Positions 36,866 through 51,400 of a DNA stretch of 64,000 nucleotides are shown here, in pieces. The stretch's first letter is position 1, and each line of letters opens with the position of its first letter. Made by a program: the position numbers and the translations under genes. Origin of the DNA: Azolla caroliniana (lineage: Eukaryota > Plantae > Polypodiophyta); the NCBI GenBank assembly GCA_043228905.1, contig JBHGNT010000022.1:4030001-4094000 (forward strand). The letters run 5' to 3'. The notes beneath the pieces are model-generated. The model worked only from the letters and a program-made list of their open reading frames with translations, was not told where the DNA came from and did no database searches.

Positions 36866-39800
36866 CCGTGCAAGACTACCGCCCCTAGCATTCCCGGCAG
36901 CTTTGGAAAAGTGCCGCGAATGTGAGCTTCTCCTCGCATATACATCAACTCATCCCTCGAAGAGCTTGGGGGCTCCTTTGCTATCTTGGCAGGTCTTACC
37001 TTTTCAGATCATCAGCCAGTGAGACTAGACCTTAACCCACCCAACGATAGCAAGGGCAGTCTCAATGTGAAAGATCATGAAGAGTGAAGAGGTGAAGGCC
37101 GGTTTACAAAGTATATGGCAGGACACCATGGGCAGTGAATCAGCCAGCGAAGATTTGCAGAAAAAATTGGCCCTCTCCTCCTCCTTCTTACAATAGGAGA
37201 CCAAGCGCGCCCTCCAGCAGGTTAGAGCCATTAAAACAAAATTAAGGAAGGCCATTGCGGCAGCACAACAGCTACTACAGGTAGACCATGGTTGCACTTG
37301 GTCTAGAGCTAAGCTGGAGGAAGCAAAGATGAAGGTACATGAAAGGACTTTGGAGAAGAACTGAATGTTGTTTCGAAGAAACACAGCATGGTGGGCTAGA
37401 AAAGACGACAAGGTCAACCGACATTTCTTTCACTACAAGGCACCCAAGGGTGGTGGTGGACGTATACAAGGGTTGTGAAAACTAGACGGCTCGATAACGA
37501 AGGACAAGACTGAGATTCTGGAAATGGCAACACAATACTATCGTGACCTCCTCGCACCTATGCATGTGAGGCAACACACGGAGTTGGCTGATCGAATGAT
37601 GTCTTGCATTCACCCCAAGGTAACCCAGGCGATGGAAGTTGTGCTCGATAGCCCCATCTCTTGTTTAGAACTCTCGGAGGCGCTTAGGGGATTGTGAAGG
37701 GGTGCATGCCCCGACCCCAATGGTCTCTCACGATATTTCTTCGAGATTCATTGGGAATGTGTTATCCCGTCTTTGGAAGCCGGAGTTCAAGAGATTTGGT
37801 CCTCAAGAAAGATGCCAATTGGTTTGGCTGAGGGGATGATATATCTCATCCCCAAAGCGTCAGAGCGAAGCCTAGAGTTGCGCTAGTGGCGTGCAATCAC
37901 GATCCTTAACACGGCATACAAGATACTCGCTAAAGTCCTAGCTCGGCGGTTAGCAAGCTTCTTACCGGACATCATACATGACAATCAAACTGGATTTGTC
38001 AAGAACAGGTGTATCTTTGATAATGTGTTGCTTCTTTGGGAAGCTATGGCATTGGCCGGCCGCTCCGTATCGAGCTTGGCTATTCTGATGTTAGACTTCG
38101 AGAAGGCCTACGACATGGTGTTATGGCCGTTTTTGGAAAATGTGATGAGAGCTTTGGGCCTACCTCAAAAATGGAGGAATTACACTTCTACACTCTATCG
38201 GACAGCTACGAGTAACGTGTTGATGGCTGGTTCTAGGGGACCCGCCCTCCAACTACAACGCTCAGTGAGGCAAGGTTGTCCCCTAGCCCCATATCTCTAT
38301 CTCTTTGTCACTGAGGCTTTCTCCGCCTACTTACAAGCACCAACCAGCGGGCTGCAGGGATTGCCCATCCCCAATGTGACTGAAGATTTGTTGTTATCTG
38401 AATATGCCGATGATACGGTTCTTTTCTTGCAAGGTGATGAGGAGAATTTGCAGCGGGCTGAACATCTTGTCGAGGACTTTTGTCAGGCGGCTGGTGCTAA
38501 GATCAATTGGAATAAAACCCAAGGCCTATGGTTCAACGAACAAGAGAAACCAAGATGGCAACCCCATTCCGATTTTATGTGGGTCCCTGATGGGACGACG
38601 TTCAAGTACCTTGGATTTACGATGGGGAGGTCAATCCCCAAGGGAGCGCAATTGGCCCACGTACAAGCCAAAATAAATAGGAAGTTGACCCAATGGAGTA
38701 GATCTAAACTATCCTTCGCTGGTAGGGTCCTTGTTGCGAACCAAGTGCTACTCGCTACCATGTGGCACTTAGTCTCCTGCTGGATTATGGACCCTGCAGG
38801 TCTGCACGCGATTAAGGCTGCCATCAAGGGGTTTATATGGTCAGGTAAGGACAACCCAAGGGCTGCTGCCAGAGTGTCATGGTGTTGGTTAACGCAACCG
38901 CGGGCCAAAGGGGGGCTTGGCCTCATAGACCCCTTAATGCAAAGTCGTTCATTGCTGGCTAAAATGGTGGTTCGCTGCCTCTTGCCAGGTAAGGGGTGTT
39001 GGAAGGTACTACTTCGCAACAGGCTGCAAGCAGGGAATCCTAAGTATGGTAGGCCTTGGCCCGACTCCTTGAATTGGTGTTGCACAAGCGGAGTCCCACC
39101 CAAGCTAGTTTGCCATCCGAAGGACAGGGTCGCGAACTCCATCTTGCGGGCATGGTGCCATCTACGACAACATTTGGTCAAACACACCCCAGAGACATTG
39201 ACCGAATGGAATCCTCACGTGCGAACAAGTGACAACACGATGCTAGGGCAACTTAAGGGCCTAGCATGGGGAAAGCTGGCACAAACAGGCCTCCTATCTA
39301 TAGACGATTGGTGACGCATGGCTGTTTCAGGAAGAGCCCAAGAGGACCTTTTCCCTCCCCTCAAGGGAGCTACGAAAATGTGGAGACTGATAGCTGAGGC
39401 AGTTGACAGGGTTCCAATGGGGGAGGCGAGAGAACATGCATGGTTCGGTCTCTTTGACGAGGTTGGAATGGTCAAGTCGCTAAAGGGTGTGAGCGGATCG
39501 GGGAGAGATACAGTTTTTGGGGACAGTTAGAGCAGGGGCTCTTGGCACCCAATCCGAGTGGTGGCACAGGTTGATAACATCTGGAAGACAGACCCGGATG
39601 TTGCTAAGGTGGAACCCCATTGGAGGTTAAGGGTATATGGTTGTCGCCCCCTTGTCGATCTGGATTGGGACCCATGGGATTTCAGATAGAAACATGACGA
39701 TAGACTCCATCACTTCTTCGATTACACCACTAAATTGGGTCGGACTTTGCAGCTGCAGCTAGGCAGCCCCCTTCGCAATGGCTGGCGAACATTGGGCATC

Positions 39801-40761
39801 CCCGATGAGGCGCTCATTACCTTTTGGAAAGGTCTCTAACGTCTCCACATGCCTGAAAAGATCAAGCTCTTTTGGTGGCAGATCGATCATAATGTGGTGC
39901 CCGTTGGCGAATGGCTAGATAAACGTGGCGACCCGTTAGGCTGCCCACTGTGCTCTCGACCTATTGAGACTCTGAGACATTGTCTGTGGGATTGCCCTCA
40001 AGCTCAAAAGATCTGGGATAGAGTGACTCGCCTCCTTGCGGCATGTGAAGTTGAAGGAACAGCCTCATGGAGCGTTGCGGCATGGATTGATCACTCGGTC
40101 GAAGGGTGGACGGACACCGTCAATGCGGATAGTTGGTGCTATGTACGCATGAGAGGCAAAATCGTCAAGATCCGTTTCGAAAGAGGCTTGCAGCCCGCAT
40201 CCCCTAGGTTTCCAAAAATCTGGATGTTGATCGGAGGTTGCACCTTGTGGTATATATGGAAAGCGCGTTGCCTCAAGGTTTTCCAAGGTACGGTACGGCC
40301 CCCGGAGGAAGTGATCATGGACATATGGTTTGCAATTATCAGCTGCCTATGAGGGCAACTGGAAGAGATTTGCAGCCACTCCAACGACGTGGTCTCTGCT
40401 TGTTTGCGCTTTTGACAGAAATGGCGGAACACACCTATGGTGATGCAAGGCGGGAGTGGCCCGAGGTGGAATTACCAGCCCCCACGCTTGTTGTTTCCTA
40501 CTCACCTGTCACCCTCTCTTCGTTGTAGGCCCCAAGAGCCGACTCATACTAGGCAACATTGAAGGGCATCGCCTTAGATATAGGTAACTTCTTACATTAA
40601 GTTAGGCCGCAAGGCATTGTAAGTAGTAGGCTCATCTTCTTTTACTTGATCGGAGGAAGACTCCCCGATGTGTGTATAAGTCTCCTTGCAGACTCTCTAT
40701 GTAATAATCCTTCCTAACTAATGGGAAAGTAGCTTCATTTTGGGAAAAAGAAGAAGAAGAA
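36866..40761 (+). mobile_element. 5'-truncated L1-clade LINE with (AAG)n tail and 12-bp TSD GTATATAATTGG
   Basis: ORF2 remnants: LDFEKAYD, RSVRQGCPLAP, EYADD, KYLG, GGLG, zf-RVT CPLC...ETLRHCLWDC, LWYIWKAR. TSD at 36854-36865 and 40762-40773. Confidence 0.92.
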
Positions 40762-41389
40762 GTATATAATTGGATTGTAGATACAATTAATATGTATATA
40801 ATTGGATTTTAGATACAATTAATATGTATAATTTTTGAATTCCATACCTAATAGGATTGTGTTGAATCTCATTCTCTGAAGAGAGACAGAGACTGAGAGA
40901 CAGAAGAGCTTTTAGCATATAAGCAAGCATACATATTTCCATATCTGTTCTGTTGTCTTTTGTGCTGAACCTCATCCTCAGAAACACACCAAACCAAATC
41001 ATTCAGATTGATGTAAGTACAGCTCCTCCTCCTCCTCCTTCCTTTCTTTCTTTCTTTCTTTTTGCTGCCTCACTGCCTGTTTGTTTGTTTGTTTGTTTTG
41101 GTTGCTTGCATTGTTCTTTTCCATCTAAATTCATGGGATATTTGGTCAAATTCCCTGCCCGCTCAAGCTTAGCGGATGGATTTGTAACTTTTAGGGATTC
41201 AAACTGCCTTCTTGTATCTCGTCTGCTTGCTTGTTTCCACCTAAATTGATGGAATTTGGTCAAAATCCCCTGCCCTGCTCAAGCTTAGCGGACGGACCTG
41301 TAACTTATGCATTCAAACAGTCTTCTTGTATGAAATAGTGGATGACTTTGGCTATGGAATCTTAGCTTCTTAAAAAAAAAACGAAAGCA

Positions 41390-42320
41390 TTCTCTAGGGT
41401 TTGCTTGTCTGTGGCAGAGTTTCTATAGGTGATCATGTATCGCGTTAAGGATCTAGATTCCCATCAATGCATGGAGGTTGAAATGCTTAAGCTTTCAGGA
41501 TCTATATCTAGGGTTAAGTCAGGAAAACTTCAGTTTTTGCTGAAAAAATATATATTTTCTTGTAGATAGGGGTTAGGGTTTTGTGTTTACATGGGAGAGA
41601 TGATCATTTTTAATGTTTACTTTGGATTTTAACACACGCTTTTAGGATCTTAATATGCTCATTTCTTACGGTTCCACAGTTTAGTTAGAATATGAGGATT
41701 TTTATATGAAGATCCAAACCTTTTCATTGTGTATGAGTATTAGTCGGGGCATGATCATTGTTGTGTGAAGATGAAAAGCCTTTTCATGTGGAAGACTGTT
41801 TTAAGGTTAAGGATTTAATGATTTAGGTTGTAATAGGGAGATTTTTACATTTGGATGAAGATGAGAAAGCTTTTATGTGGATGAATATAGGGTTTGAACG
41901 TGGATGAGCGTTTTAGGGTTTAAGGAATCAAGATATAGGGGGTTTCGTCTGGTCATGCTTATTTTTGGATGAAAATGAAAATGTTTTCATGTAGAGGAAC
42001 ATTTTTGGCTTTAGTTTTTCCTTGGGACATAATAATTTTCAGGGAGGTTTAGGCTCAGTGAGCTTTTAGGTTTTAGGTTTAGGTTTAAGATTCTAGGGTT
42101 TAGTCGGGGTTTAGGATGAAAGTGGAGATAATTTCATATGGATGAATAATGCTATTAGGTTTAAGGTTCAGCTTGGCATGCCCATTTTGAGGGGTTGAGG
42201 ATTTTTTTGGAGTGATGCTCATTTTTTTGTCTTTTAGGGTTTACTTGCAACATGGTTATTTTCAGGGTTCTCGTACTTATTTGGGTCACGGTTACTTTTT
42301 GGGGTCTAGGGTTTAGTTGG
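41390..42320 (+). repeat. Degenerate telomere-like (TTTAGGG/TTAGGG) tract in the putative 5'UTR intron
   Basis: Many one-strand copies, e.g. GGGTTAGGGTT, TTTTAGGGTTTAAGG, TTTTAGGTTTAGGTTTAAG. Confidence 0.55.
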
Positions 42321-42436
42321 GACATGCACATTCACATGAATTTTGCTCTTTTTTTATAATCAAGGTAAAAATATTTTCATGTTGATAAACGTTTCTTGCA
42401 GCGTTTGTGTGTGTATATATATATACACACATATCC

Positions 42437-42670
42437 ATGGGTGGTCGAGCAAGGATTGGCTTGTGTATCATCTTGTTATTATCCATACACATGTTGCTAT
42501 TGTCAGTACAAGGGGCAGTTGAAGATTGTGGGGATGTCGGTTTGAGAGAAAAATGCCTGTCCTTGAATCACTGTAGGTGGTGTAGAAGTGAAACTTTGAA
42601 TGATGGTTGTTTTCAGACATTGGAATCGAGGAGGTTGCCTGTTCAAGTGTTTGATTGCGTTAAGGTTTAG
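42437..42670 (+). CDS. Small secreted cysteine-rich protein (77 aa, signal peptide, 6 Cys; PSI/plexin-like uncharacterised plant family)
   Basis: Hydrophobic N-terminus IGLCIILLLSIHMLLLSVQG-A; motif CRWCRSE.L.D.CF...E..RLP.QVF.C. Plausible 5'UTR intron 41013-42401 (GTAAGT...TTCTTGCAG) and possible 3'UTR intron 42713-42787. Confidence 0.82.
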   Translation: MGGRARIGLCIILLLSIHMLLLSVQGAVEDCGDVGLREKCLSLNHCRWCRSETLNDGCFQTLESRRLPVQVFDCVKV

Positions 42671-43104
42671 ATTATCGATCCATTTGATCCATTCACTCAA
42701 GTCTATCAATAGGTATGGTGCAATTAAAATTTTCAACTATATGCCACACATATTTGTTTTGTTCCTTATGGATTATAATCCTCATAGGTGTTGATGTGAT
42801 GCCTGTCTTTTTTATGGCTTTTTGGCTTGTATTTGTTGACTATGAATATAGATATTGTGATCCTTACGATGTACATTTGACACAAGGGTCCAAACTTTGA
42901 AGGACAGAGGGTTTTGAGGTTTGGGTCTGAAAATTGATCATGGAACTAAACACATTGTTTTAAAATAAAGCATTATGTGCTGGATCAGCATGTTTTCTTC
43001 GATATTTTTTCTTTTAATGGGATACTGAGGCGGCTGTCATTTTGTGTAGCCTCATGTTTGCTAATTTTTGCAATAGTCTTTATTTGTGTTGTGATGGCTT
43101 CTTT

Positions 43105-43828
43105 AATTTCTATTGATGGGGGCTGATTGTCATGTTGCGGGGCTTGGACTCCTTACCCGTGGCTTTACGTGGTGAGGGTCACACAGCATGGTCAGCGAGA
43201 TTTTCTATTTTGCTAGACTCTATGAATATTTGACCTTATTTTGTGAATATATAACGCTGGACTGTTGGAAATGTAATGGAAAGTTTTTCCACTCCCAAGT
43301 TCAGGTATCGTCAATGTGAAGATTAATCTTGGTTCATGGCCTTCAATTTCTATTGATGGGGGCTGATTGTCATGTTGCGGGGCTTGGACTCCTTACCCGT
43401 GGCTTTACGTGGTGAGGGTCACACAGCATGGTCAGCGAGATTTTCTATTTTGCTAGACTCTATGAATATTTGACCTTATTTTGTGAATATATAACGCTGG
43501 ACTGTTGGAAATGTAATGGAAAGTTTTTCCACTCCCAAGTTCAGGTATCGTCAATGTGAAGATTAATCTTGGTTCATGGCCTTCAATTTCTATTGATGGG
43601 GGCTGATTGTCATGTTGCGGGGCTTGGACTCCTTACCCGTGGCTTTACGTGGTGAGGGTCACACAGCATGGTCAGCGAGATTTTCTATTTTGCTAGACTC
43701 TATGAATATTTGACCTTATTTTGTGAATATATAACGCTGGACTGTTGGAAATGTAATGGAAAGTTTTTCCACTCCCAAGTTCAGGTATCGTCAATGTGAA
43801 GATTAATCTTGGTTCATGGCCTTCAATT
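43105..43828. repeat. Tandem triplication, 240-bp unit
   Basis: Sequence repeats at +240 and +480 with no differences seen by eye. Confidence 0.95.
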
Positions 43829-44670
43829 CAAGTTTCAAGTCCATCTTGTGAAGACCATTCAATATTTGATCTTCTTTCATTGTAAGATTCATGCATACAC
43901 ATGTTTATAATCAACATATTGGGTCAAGTTCCCATTTTATGATATTATCCTTTTGGATATCATAAAGAACCAATCTGTAGTGCTTGGATCATATGCATAA
44001 ATAATTCATATTGGATATATCCCGCAATCTTCTCGAATGATAATGCTGTTAAAAGAATGGGCAGTTGCAATGGGTATGGTAGTCATGTGATTAAGATGTC
44101 GAAGTGAAAAGGGCATAGAAGTTGAGGAGACTTGGAATTCACATATATCCACGAATCCTAAACCCGTTATAAATGTCTATATACTAGTAAGACATGGAAG
44201 TGGTTTAGACAAAGAGCTTTTCCCCTATCTGCTTAGCACAATCAAATATGAACAAGTGGGTGGGTATACTTGCAGCCTCATCCCATTGTTGCTCTAACCC
44301 CAGTTATTGATGGCAGATATATGGAAGTATGTATACTCACAACGGTTTGATGATGACTCTATTGACATTGTATTCATTTATAACGTTTTAGCTCGTCTTT
44401 CGAAGAGGGGTAGCGGGTGACAACAATCACATTTCAATTTTCAGAAATCAATTATAACTTTGTATATTTGTTTGGCTGTCTTATTGTTTCAATGAATGCA
44501 TTTTATGGAACAGATAATTGGAAACCATTTCTGCAACCTATACATAATTATATCTTCTAGGTGGCTGTCAAGCAAATTCATGTGATGTACCTTTGGATGG
44601 TCACGCACCCTGTTTTCACACCCTAGATGGCTTCCACGCCTAGTTTGAAGAATCCTCAAATGTTACCACG

Positions 44671-45401
44671 AAAATAATTGTATGATTATGGACGATCATT
44701 AGTATCTCATCATTGTTTGAATTCTGATAGTTTTATTTCTCAAAGAATGATAACAAGTTTAGTTTTGCAAAAAAGGTTGTAATTATGTGTAAATCTGTGT
44801 TGTTTCTATCAAAACATGAAGAAATGAAAATTCATTATTACACCTCATAAACATAACTTAATACTTATTGGCAATACTATCACTTTCATTTCTTGTTGCC
44901 ATAAAGTATTGCCATAAAATAATTGTATGATTATGGACGATCATTAGTATCTCATCATTGTTTGAATTCTGATAGTTTTATTTCTCAAAGAATGATAACA
45001 AGTTTAGTTTTGCAAAAAAGGTTGTAATTATGTGTAAATCTGTGTTGTTTCTATCAAAACATGAAGAAATGAAAATTCATTATTACACCTCATAAACATA
45101 ACTTAATACTTATTGGCAATACTATCACTTTCATTTCTTGTTGCCATAAAGTATTGCCATAAAATAATTGTATGATTATGGACGATCATTAGTATCTCAT
45201 CATTGTTTGAATTCTGATAGTTTTATTTCTCAAAGAATGATAACAAGTTTAGTTTTGCAAAAAAGGTTGTAATTATGTGTAAATCTGTGTTGTTTCTATC
45301 AAAACATGAAGAAATGAAAATTCATTATTACACCTCATAAACATAACTTAATACTTATTGGCAATACTATCACTTTCATTTCTTGTTGCCATAAAGTATT
45401 G
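44671..45401. repeat. Tandem triplication, 245-bp unit
   Basis: AAAATAATTGTATGATTATGGACG starts at 44671, 44916 and 45161; copies look identical. Confidence 0.95.
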
Positions 45402-46642
45402 ATGTAACCAGCCATTTTTCTCAGGAGCAAATTGTTTGTATGCATGACCCCAAAATACAATCATGAAGAGTTTCTAGAATCTGCGTCAATTGCTCAGGCT
45501 TTATCAATAAAATTACATTGTTTATATGTTGTAATAAAGTAACTTGGTGGATCTTTAAGCAAGTATACAAGCATCTAACACATAAACCAACCAAATATTG
45601 AAGTGCTTTCAACACTCATGTGGTAACAATGACACCAATAATAATGGAACAATGCTTAATTAGCACATGTTTAAAGTAGAGAGGAATGGTTATAAAGGAA
45701 ATGAAGCACTTCACTCTTGATTAATTGAAATCAAAGTGTTGCCCGTGCTTGGAGAGTCGAATGAGCTCTCCACAACTACCTCTTAACAAATAATATAGAA
45801 CAATTACGAATGATAAGATCATGATGTCTCATGTGAATGTGATACTCATGTATTAATGGAGGTGGTTGTAGTGACGAACAATATCAAGCTACATATGATT
45901 TGTAGAAAGATCTAGACAATGATGAAAAGTGTCACAAATTACTACTTTGCATCGGACATGAGGTTGTTACCATTGTAGAATTTAGTCTAGCCTAAAAGTG
46001 ATGCATAATTGTTTGGATATACATCCGCAAAAAGGGAGGGTCCTCAAGCTTTTGTCTCACGTAAAGTTGATGAAGGGACCAAGGACAGTAATCATGCCAT
46101 GCACATGGTTATACTCATACTCATGAAAACAATATACTCTCTTGGAAATATTGTTATAAACCAAGGTTTCAAAGGAATCACATCAATGTAGGTTGATTCC
46201 TATGTGTTTGTTAATATATGAATGTATATTGGGGCTATGTAGGAAAGCACCTTTCTGACTTCATGAGAATCCATGTCGTAGCATGACAAAATAACGAAGA
46301 ACTTGAAAATAATAAATATTCTATCTATCACATTCCATTTCACTATCGCCTTAGTGGTTGGTTTGTAACATCGAACCCATAAAATTGAGGGAAGTGAAGC
46401 TTGATCCTTGCCATGGTTTCCCATGGATATTAAAATAGATCTCTCTTCTCTTCTCTCTCTCTCTCTCTCTCTAGATAATGAGGGGATGCTGCCCAACCCA
46501 AAAAATCTGTATTGTTAGGATCATGTTAATTGATTATATATAAAACATTTGTTTGTATTATGAGTCATGACATTGCCCATGATATATGAGGCACGATCGA
46601 TCGATTGTTTCTCGGGGACTCATTCTGTCCCCATCGTCTGTG

Positions 46643-46696
<54 letters not shown>

Positions 46697-46892
46697 TTTG
46701 TGGACATGCTTTTAAAGGAGCCGGAGTTGGAGTCGAGCAATTTTGCGGGACCCTGTTGTTGCTCACCACATTTTCAAGACATCACCTAGTTTCTCTGGCT
46801 GGACCACGAGCAACATATTTTGTGTGCATGCATGCGTGTGTAGGACCCTTTTTCCGCGTGTGCATATCACACCTCTTGCGTGCGGTTGGCAC

Positions 46893-46932
<40 letters not shown>

Positions 46933-47259
46933 TTCTCTTTTCTTTTATATTCGGGTTAATATACGGAGCCGCGAATGCGTATGCGAATGCTCTCTAAAGT
47001 AAAGTCTTTGTGTTTTCTGTTTGTTATTCCTTCCCCCCCCCCCCCCCCAAATGTTTTTTTTCGTACATTCATTTCTTCTTCTTCTTCTTATCTCTCTTTG
47101 CCTTTTGCGTTTTGCTTTTTGCCTTTTGCTTTTCATTCCTTTTCCTCTCAGCCCGTTCCATTGCCCCCCCCCCCCCCCCACCTTCTCTCTTCTGTCTGTC
47201 TGTCTCTTTTTGATGGGCTTTCTTTGTAGTTACTCCTGTTTGATCTCCGATAATGAGCC

Positions 47260-48407
47260 ATGGATGGTCTTCGGAAGAGCCCCCCTAATGGGGGAGAAGA
47301 TGCCTCTGATCATCAGATGATCAACAACCCTTTGACAGAGCCTCTCCTAAGCCCTAATCCTATCGAAGATGTAAGTCCTCCTTTTGTTTCCCTCTCTGTC
47401 TCTGTCTCTGTCTCTCTTTCAATTATCTCCTTTATTCTTTTTGAAGCAGAATGTTTGTTTTCTTTCCCAAATCACTCTTCCTGTTTTTTTTATTTTCCCT
47501 TTTTCTTTCTTCGTAAACCTAAATTCACAGAAATCAGTCTTTTATTCTTTTCTAAAATCATTATGCTTGAAGACGTGATTATTTCTTCTTTTTAATCATT
47601 CATTTTGAAGAAGCGTGTATTTTCTTTTTAATCCGACTTCTTGCAATGGGTGTATGTTTTTTGTTAAACTTAATTCATACAAGCCATCCTCATTTAATCA
47701 TCCTTCTTGATGTGGGTGCTTGTATTTTTATACTAATTCATTCTCATTAAATAGAAAACCATGATAAAAAGCACTCTCTTTTCTGTGATTGGTGGTGCAT
47801 AATTCCCCTCCTTGAATGTGGATCTATGTTTGTAAGCTAACTCACCCTCATTCTACTCAAAAGAATGAGCAAAGAATGTGGATTGTGCATAAAAACCCTT
47901 CCTTGAAGTAGCCCAATGGTTTGCAACTTAATTCACTGTTATTGCACATAAAGCATGATGATTGGCTACTGAATTGTGCATAAGGCGTCTTCTTGAAATG
48001 CATCTATGTTTTAAACCTAATTCATTCTCATTACAGAGAAATATCTGACAAAAAGCACTTGTCCTGATACCTTAATTGTACATAAAGGCTCTTTTGAAAC
48101 AATTGTTTGCAGTGGATATCTGATATAATAAAATGATAGGAAATGCAGTTATCTGATCTACTAAATGGTAGCACTTTTGTATGCACCTAAAAACAAAATG
48201 TGGTTATCTGATATACTAAATGATAGTTTTTTTGGTATATATATATATATATATATAAACCTTAAACGATCTAGTAGCTTTCATTTCACTGTTCTAAATG
48301 GTTATCTGATCTCATTAAACCATAACACAGTTCTGATTTAGGATATAATGTAAATTTCAGTGGCCGTTTTATATATTAAAATGGTAGCACTTGTGTGTAT
48401 GAATATA

Positions 48408-48442
<35 letters not shown>

Positions 48443-51400
48443 ATATTTATATCTGTATATACACGTGTGTTTGTAAATATATGTCTATATGTATCTTATC
48501 TATGAAAATGCTAGCAGTTTTGCGCGTGTATACACACATATATTACTCTAACCTGATTTATGATCTTTATTCCAGAATGATGAATGTGAATATGTAGAAA
48601 ACCATAAGTTTCCCACATCTGGGTGGCCGTTGGTCTCTTTCCATCAGTTCTTATTAAAATGGGCAAAATGGTTTGGTATGTATTTTCCATATGTATACTT
48701 CAGTAGATTTCCATAAACTTAATCATGACCAATCCAGTGTGGATGCCCTGAATGTTTCTTCTGCTTGGTTTTGGTTGATGTAGCTGGCGTTATTACAAGG
48801 TCATTGTCGTGGCTAGCCAACATAATATTGTGCGGTCGTACTCATAAAAGAGGATATGAATTGGATCTCACGCCACTTCAAGTATTTTACTTTTTTCCAT
48901 ATACTTTGGTTTTCTATGTTGTATATACTGCATATATATAAATATGTATATATCTACATATTATACACATATATATACATACGTATATGTTTGTGTGTGC
49001 GTGTGCGCATGTATATGTGTATATAGACATACATGTGTGCGTGTGTGCGTGCGTGCTTGTATATACATACATATTATAGATACATATAGTAATTTAGCAT
49101 GACTGACAAACAGTTCACAATATGCATCTTTTCAGAGAACATCCTTTGGGCATTGCGGAAATGACCCATGAAATCCAACAAAATTAAATTTCAAATAATC
49201 AATCTAATAAAGAAGGACTTTGTTGGGGATAAGCCTTGGCCTTAGTTTGAAACTCACTGAAATAGATGAGTTAAATACAGTCAATGAAGCTATAAAAGAA
49301 TCCACCAAATGCTAGCTTTGTGCATGCTGTGTTAAATAAACTAAAATAACAAATATTAGATATAAAAGCAAGAAAATAAAACATCTGTGTTTATTGGAGT
49401 CCATACTATGCTTTTGGGAAGATTGCAGGAGATATGGTATAATCTGATTGTCTTCAATTATAGTAATGATTATATGGATGAGTCACATTATATTACAATT
49501 TCATGTCCTTTTCTAGGAAAACATCTACTCAGTGGAGCTATGGTACTGATGGATAAATAGAAATAGAAAGAGGCATAACTTTGATGGATGGAACCCATGA
49601 ATATTGATACAATACTGTTCAAAGCCTATTCAAGTTTACAAATATTTTTTAGAACCTCATTAGATTAACGAAGCTACTTGGAGATAAAATTGGTTACATG
49701 TCATTAAGAACTAACTAATAACAGATTTTGTTTTTTACCTCTTAACCTTTTCATTTAGGATTTTTTTCTTTTAAACTTTCAACTTTTCGGATGCAGGAGG
49801 AACGAATTCTTCGGCTTCTCCTCCGGTTGGATGTCAGTTTTGACGCAACAAATACACAACATCAAGTGAGCAAGATTTTGTTGTGATATATCTTTCCAAT
49901 GTGTATTATTGAAGATCAACTGTTGGTTTCTTTATTCATTTTCCTATTTTTATTATCGAATGCTCAGATTTTAGATTGATTCACCAACAGTGAAAACACT
50001 GATTATATTTTTGCATCAGGAAGCATTAAAGGCATTGTGGTATTTGTGTTTTCCTGATGTTGATCTACATGGACTTGTATCTGAACAATGGAAACAAATG
50101 GGGTGGCAAGGGAATGACCCATCAACCGATTTCAGGTTCTTGGAGAACCATCTGTATATTTATATCACCATGTTATTATTATCTCTGGAAAAATTCAAAT
50201 GCTGAGTGTTTCCGTTCAATTTTGGCAGGGGTGGAGGATTTACTTCCCTGGAAAATTTACTTTTCTTTGCAAAGAGATATCCGGTATGTATGTTTGTGTG
50301 TGTATATATTCAAATTCCATGCTGAAATTCTTCATAACAATGTTAAGTATTATCCTGTCTTTGACATATATTAGAACCCCACTTTCCCTAGAAGACACCT
50401 GAAAATGCTGTCCCATTCGAATGCATCCACACATTTAATTTATATATACATACCAATACACTTATAACACACACACACAACATATTCATGTGCATGTATG
50501 AATGCATGCATACATTTGTATGAAATATATATACATACAAATACACTTGTAACACACACAGACGATGTATTTATAGGTAATACATAAATATTCACATGAA
50601 AAAGCCATAATATGTATACATATACATCTACATCAACATGTGCATTTCATATACATATTTATATGTTGTTTTATATTACGGGTGGGAAACCTCAATTTGA
50701 GATGAATAGATGGATAGCAAATCATACATAAACGTATAATATCCTTTCACATACATGCTTTTCATTAAATTTTGTTTATGTTTTTTGCAGAAAACATTTC
50801 AGCATCTACTGTGCAAGAAAGGAGATAGAAGGGCAGCATGGGAATATCCATTTGCTGCAGCTGGTGTAAACATCACATTCATGCTTACCAAAATGCTGGA
50901 TCTTCGTTCTGGTAAGAATAATCCAAATTTCAAGAAAAATCTAATCATATATATCTTAGATTATGCGAGAACTACATTTTTTTCCTATGTCTTACTGGAT
51001 GTCAAAAACTATTTATATAAATACAGCTAAACTGAATTCGTCATGTGGAATGTGTTTCCGGAGAATTCTAGCTGGTATCAATTCCTTATCTTTACATGCT
51101 TAATCCCTCCATTTGCTATGCATTTCTCTTGTCTATGTTGTCATGGCTTTATATGCATATATCTCTACTTTTTTGTAGCAGAGGACGAAACCGCTTTTGA
51201 TGTACTCTACTGTGTGGCATTCAAACTCATGGATACACTGTGGTTGGCCATGCATGCCTCCTACATGGAATTCAATGCAAGTCTTTTCTATCTTGATTCT
51301 TTTAGTTTTTTTCTATGAATATTATGTTCTTAGGTCATGAGTTTGAGTCCCTTCAATCGTAATTGCGAGAGACATTAAATATTTCTTTCGAGTTTCTGGG

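Noticed and set aside
41390-42320. True interstitial telomere or chromosome fusion site
   Set aside because: Repeats are scattered and degenerate, with no long perfect array or head-to-head inversion.
46440-47230. ORFs over (CT)n, (AT)n, (AG)n and poly-C tracts upstream of ELMOD
   Set aside because: Microsatellite-derived; more consistent with promoter/5'UTR sequence.
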